A stretch of DNA of 64,000 nt. Source: Nitrospirota bacterium (lineage in GTDB: Bacteria > Nitrospirota > UBA9217). The notes beneath the pieces were generated by a model. It was not told where the DNA came from. It made no database searches and saw only the letters and a program-made list of their open reading frames with translations. The position numbers and the translations under genes were made by a program. The stretch is taken from positions 224,001 to 288,000 of the forward strand of contig CAVWHO010000008.1 in NCBI GenBank assembly GCA_963754875.1, written 5' to 3'. Numbering within the stretch: the first letter of the stretch is position 1; each line of letters begins with the position of its first letter. Of this stretch, positions 63,066 through 64,000 are shown piece by piece.

Positions 63066-63842
63066 TTACTGCACTGATTTAAAACCGTACTTTTCGAGAA
63101 CTTTTCTGCCTTCAGCAGAGCGGACAAAGGATATAAATGCACGGGCCGTCTTTTCGTTTTTTGAACCCTTTACGACACCGATGGGATAGAGAACGGGTTT
63201 GTGACTCGCTTCCGGCGCTACAGTGACAACCGTGACTTCCTGCGGCCTCGTCCTCGCGTCCGTCGCATAAACCACTCCCGCGTCTGTTTCCCCCGTTGCT
63301 ACGTAGTCAAGCACTTGCCGCACGTTCTCCGCAAGGACAAGCTTGTCTTTGATCGCATCGGAAAGTTTGTAAAATTGCAAAACTTCATCGGCATATCTCC
63401 CGGCAGGAACAGTCCTGGGATTTCCGATCGCGATCTTCTTAATCTCGGACTTCTTCAGGTCTTCAAATGAAGTGACGGGGACCTTCGAAAATGCGGGCAC
63501 GATCAACACGACCCTGTTCGACGCGAAATTTATCTTTGTATCCTGCAGAACAAGACCATCCTTATCGAGTTCGTCCATGTCCTTGAGAGCGGCAGACGCG
63601 AACACGTCAACGGGAGCCCCTCCTTTGATCTGCGCCATCAGGTAGCCCGACGCACCGAAATTGAACAGGACCTTTTCAGCCCCGTTCCGCAGCTCGTACA
63701 GTCGTCCGATCTCTTCGAAAGCGTTCTTCAGGCTGATGGCAGCCGAAACCGTGATGTACCTGGATTCAACCGCATAGGCATGCCCGGCGAACACACCGCA
63801 CAAAATTGTAATAATAAACACGGCAAACATTTTTCTCAGCAC
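63066..63842 (-). CDS. modA: Molybdate ABC transporter substrate-binding protein
   Basis: SAAISL, FGASG, VPAGRYA, ENVRQ, VYATD. Confidence 0.95.
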   Translation of the reverse strand: MLRKMFAVFIITILCGVFAGHAYAVESRYITVSAAISLKNAFEEIGRLYELRNGAEKVLFNFGASGYLMAQIKGGAPVDVFASAALKDMDELDKDGLVLQDTKINFASNRVVLIVPAFSKVPVTSFEDLKKSEIKKIAIGNPRTVPAGRYADEVLQFYKLSDAIKDKLVLAENVRQVLDYVATGETDAGVVYATDARTRPQEVTVVTVAPEASHKPVLYPIGVVKGSKNEKTARAFISFVRSAEGRKVLEKYGFKSVQ

Positions 63843-64000
63843 TGCTCATCCCTCCGGTCTTCAATTATTTTATCATAACCTTCTCATGAGTGCATGCGGC
63901 AACGGAGCTTGCGAACGCATCCTCCCGGACGTTCAGGTGGTTCTCGGTCGATGAGAATATTGCAAGGTTTCTACCAGAAGATCGTTTTTGTAATAAATCA

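Noticed and set aside
1..64000. tRNA or rRNA genes
   Set aside because: None recognised in any intergenic region

Overview
A 64 kb bacterial chromosomal window, mostly GC-rich and coded mainly on the minus strand. Gene content suggests an anaerobic or microaerobic diderm such as Nitrospirota or Desulfobacterota (inference). Contents in order: (1) an RND efflux operon; (2) a small unannotated lipoprotein and an MFS transporter; (3) a ~14 kb operon with a lectin/DUF11 adhesin, two paralogous DUF11 pilin-like proteins, a small DUF11 protein, a giant DUF11/OmpA/beta-barrel outer-membrane protein, a receiver protein and a triple-MshEN lipoprotein; (4) an AT-rich DUF5343-like islet; (5) a sigma54-driven 2-methylcitrate cluster (regulator, prpBCD, acnA, prpE); (6) ccoI-like accessory genes; (7) a LytTR-linked ABC/LolA-like export cluster; (8) an eroded integron cassette array with no integrase in the window (two attC sites, candidate attI, Pc-like promoter, one duplicated cassette); (9) tandem cobalamin riboswitches before a thiC paralogue (bzaF-like); (10) a molybdo-oxidoreductase, two tupA-like genes and modABC. 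The best candidate for an undescribed system is the DUF11 operon. Its subunits carry an N-terminal 'GT-x-I/V-x-N-x-A' strand and a C-terminal DUF11 domain lacking that strand, as expected for a donor-strand, possibly isopeptide-linked, filament with a tip adhesin and an outer-membrane anchor. Several genes are broken by small indels that look like sequencing errors. All family assignments come from motif recognition by eye, not database searches.
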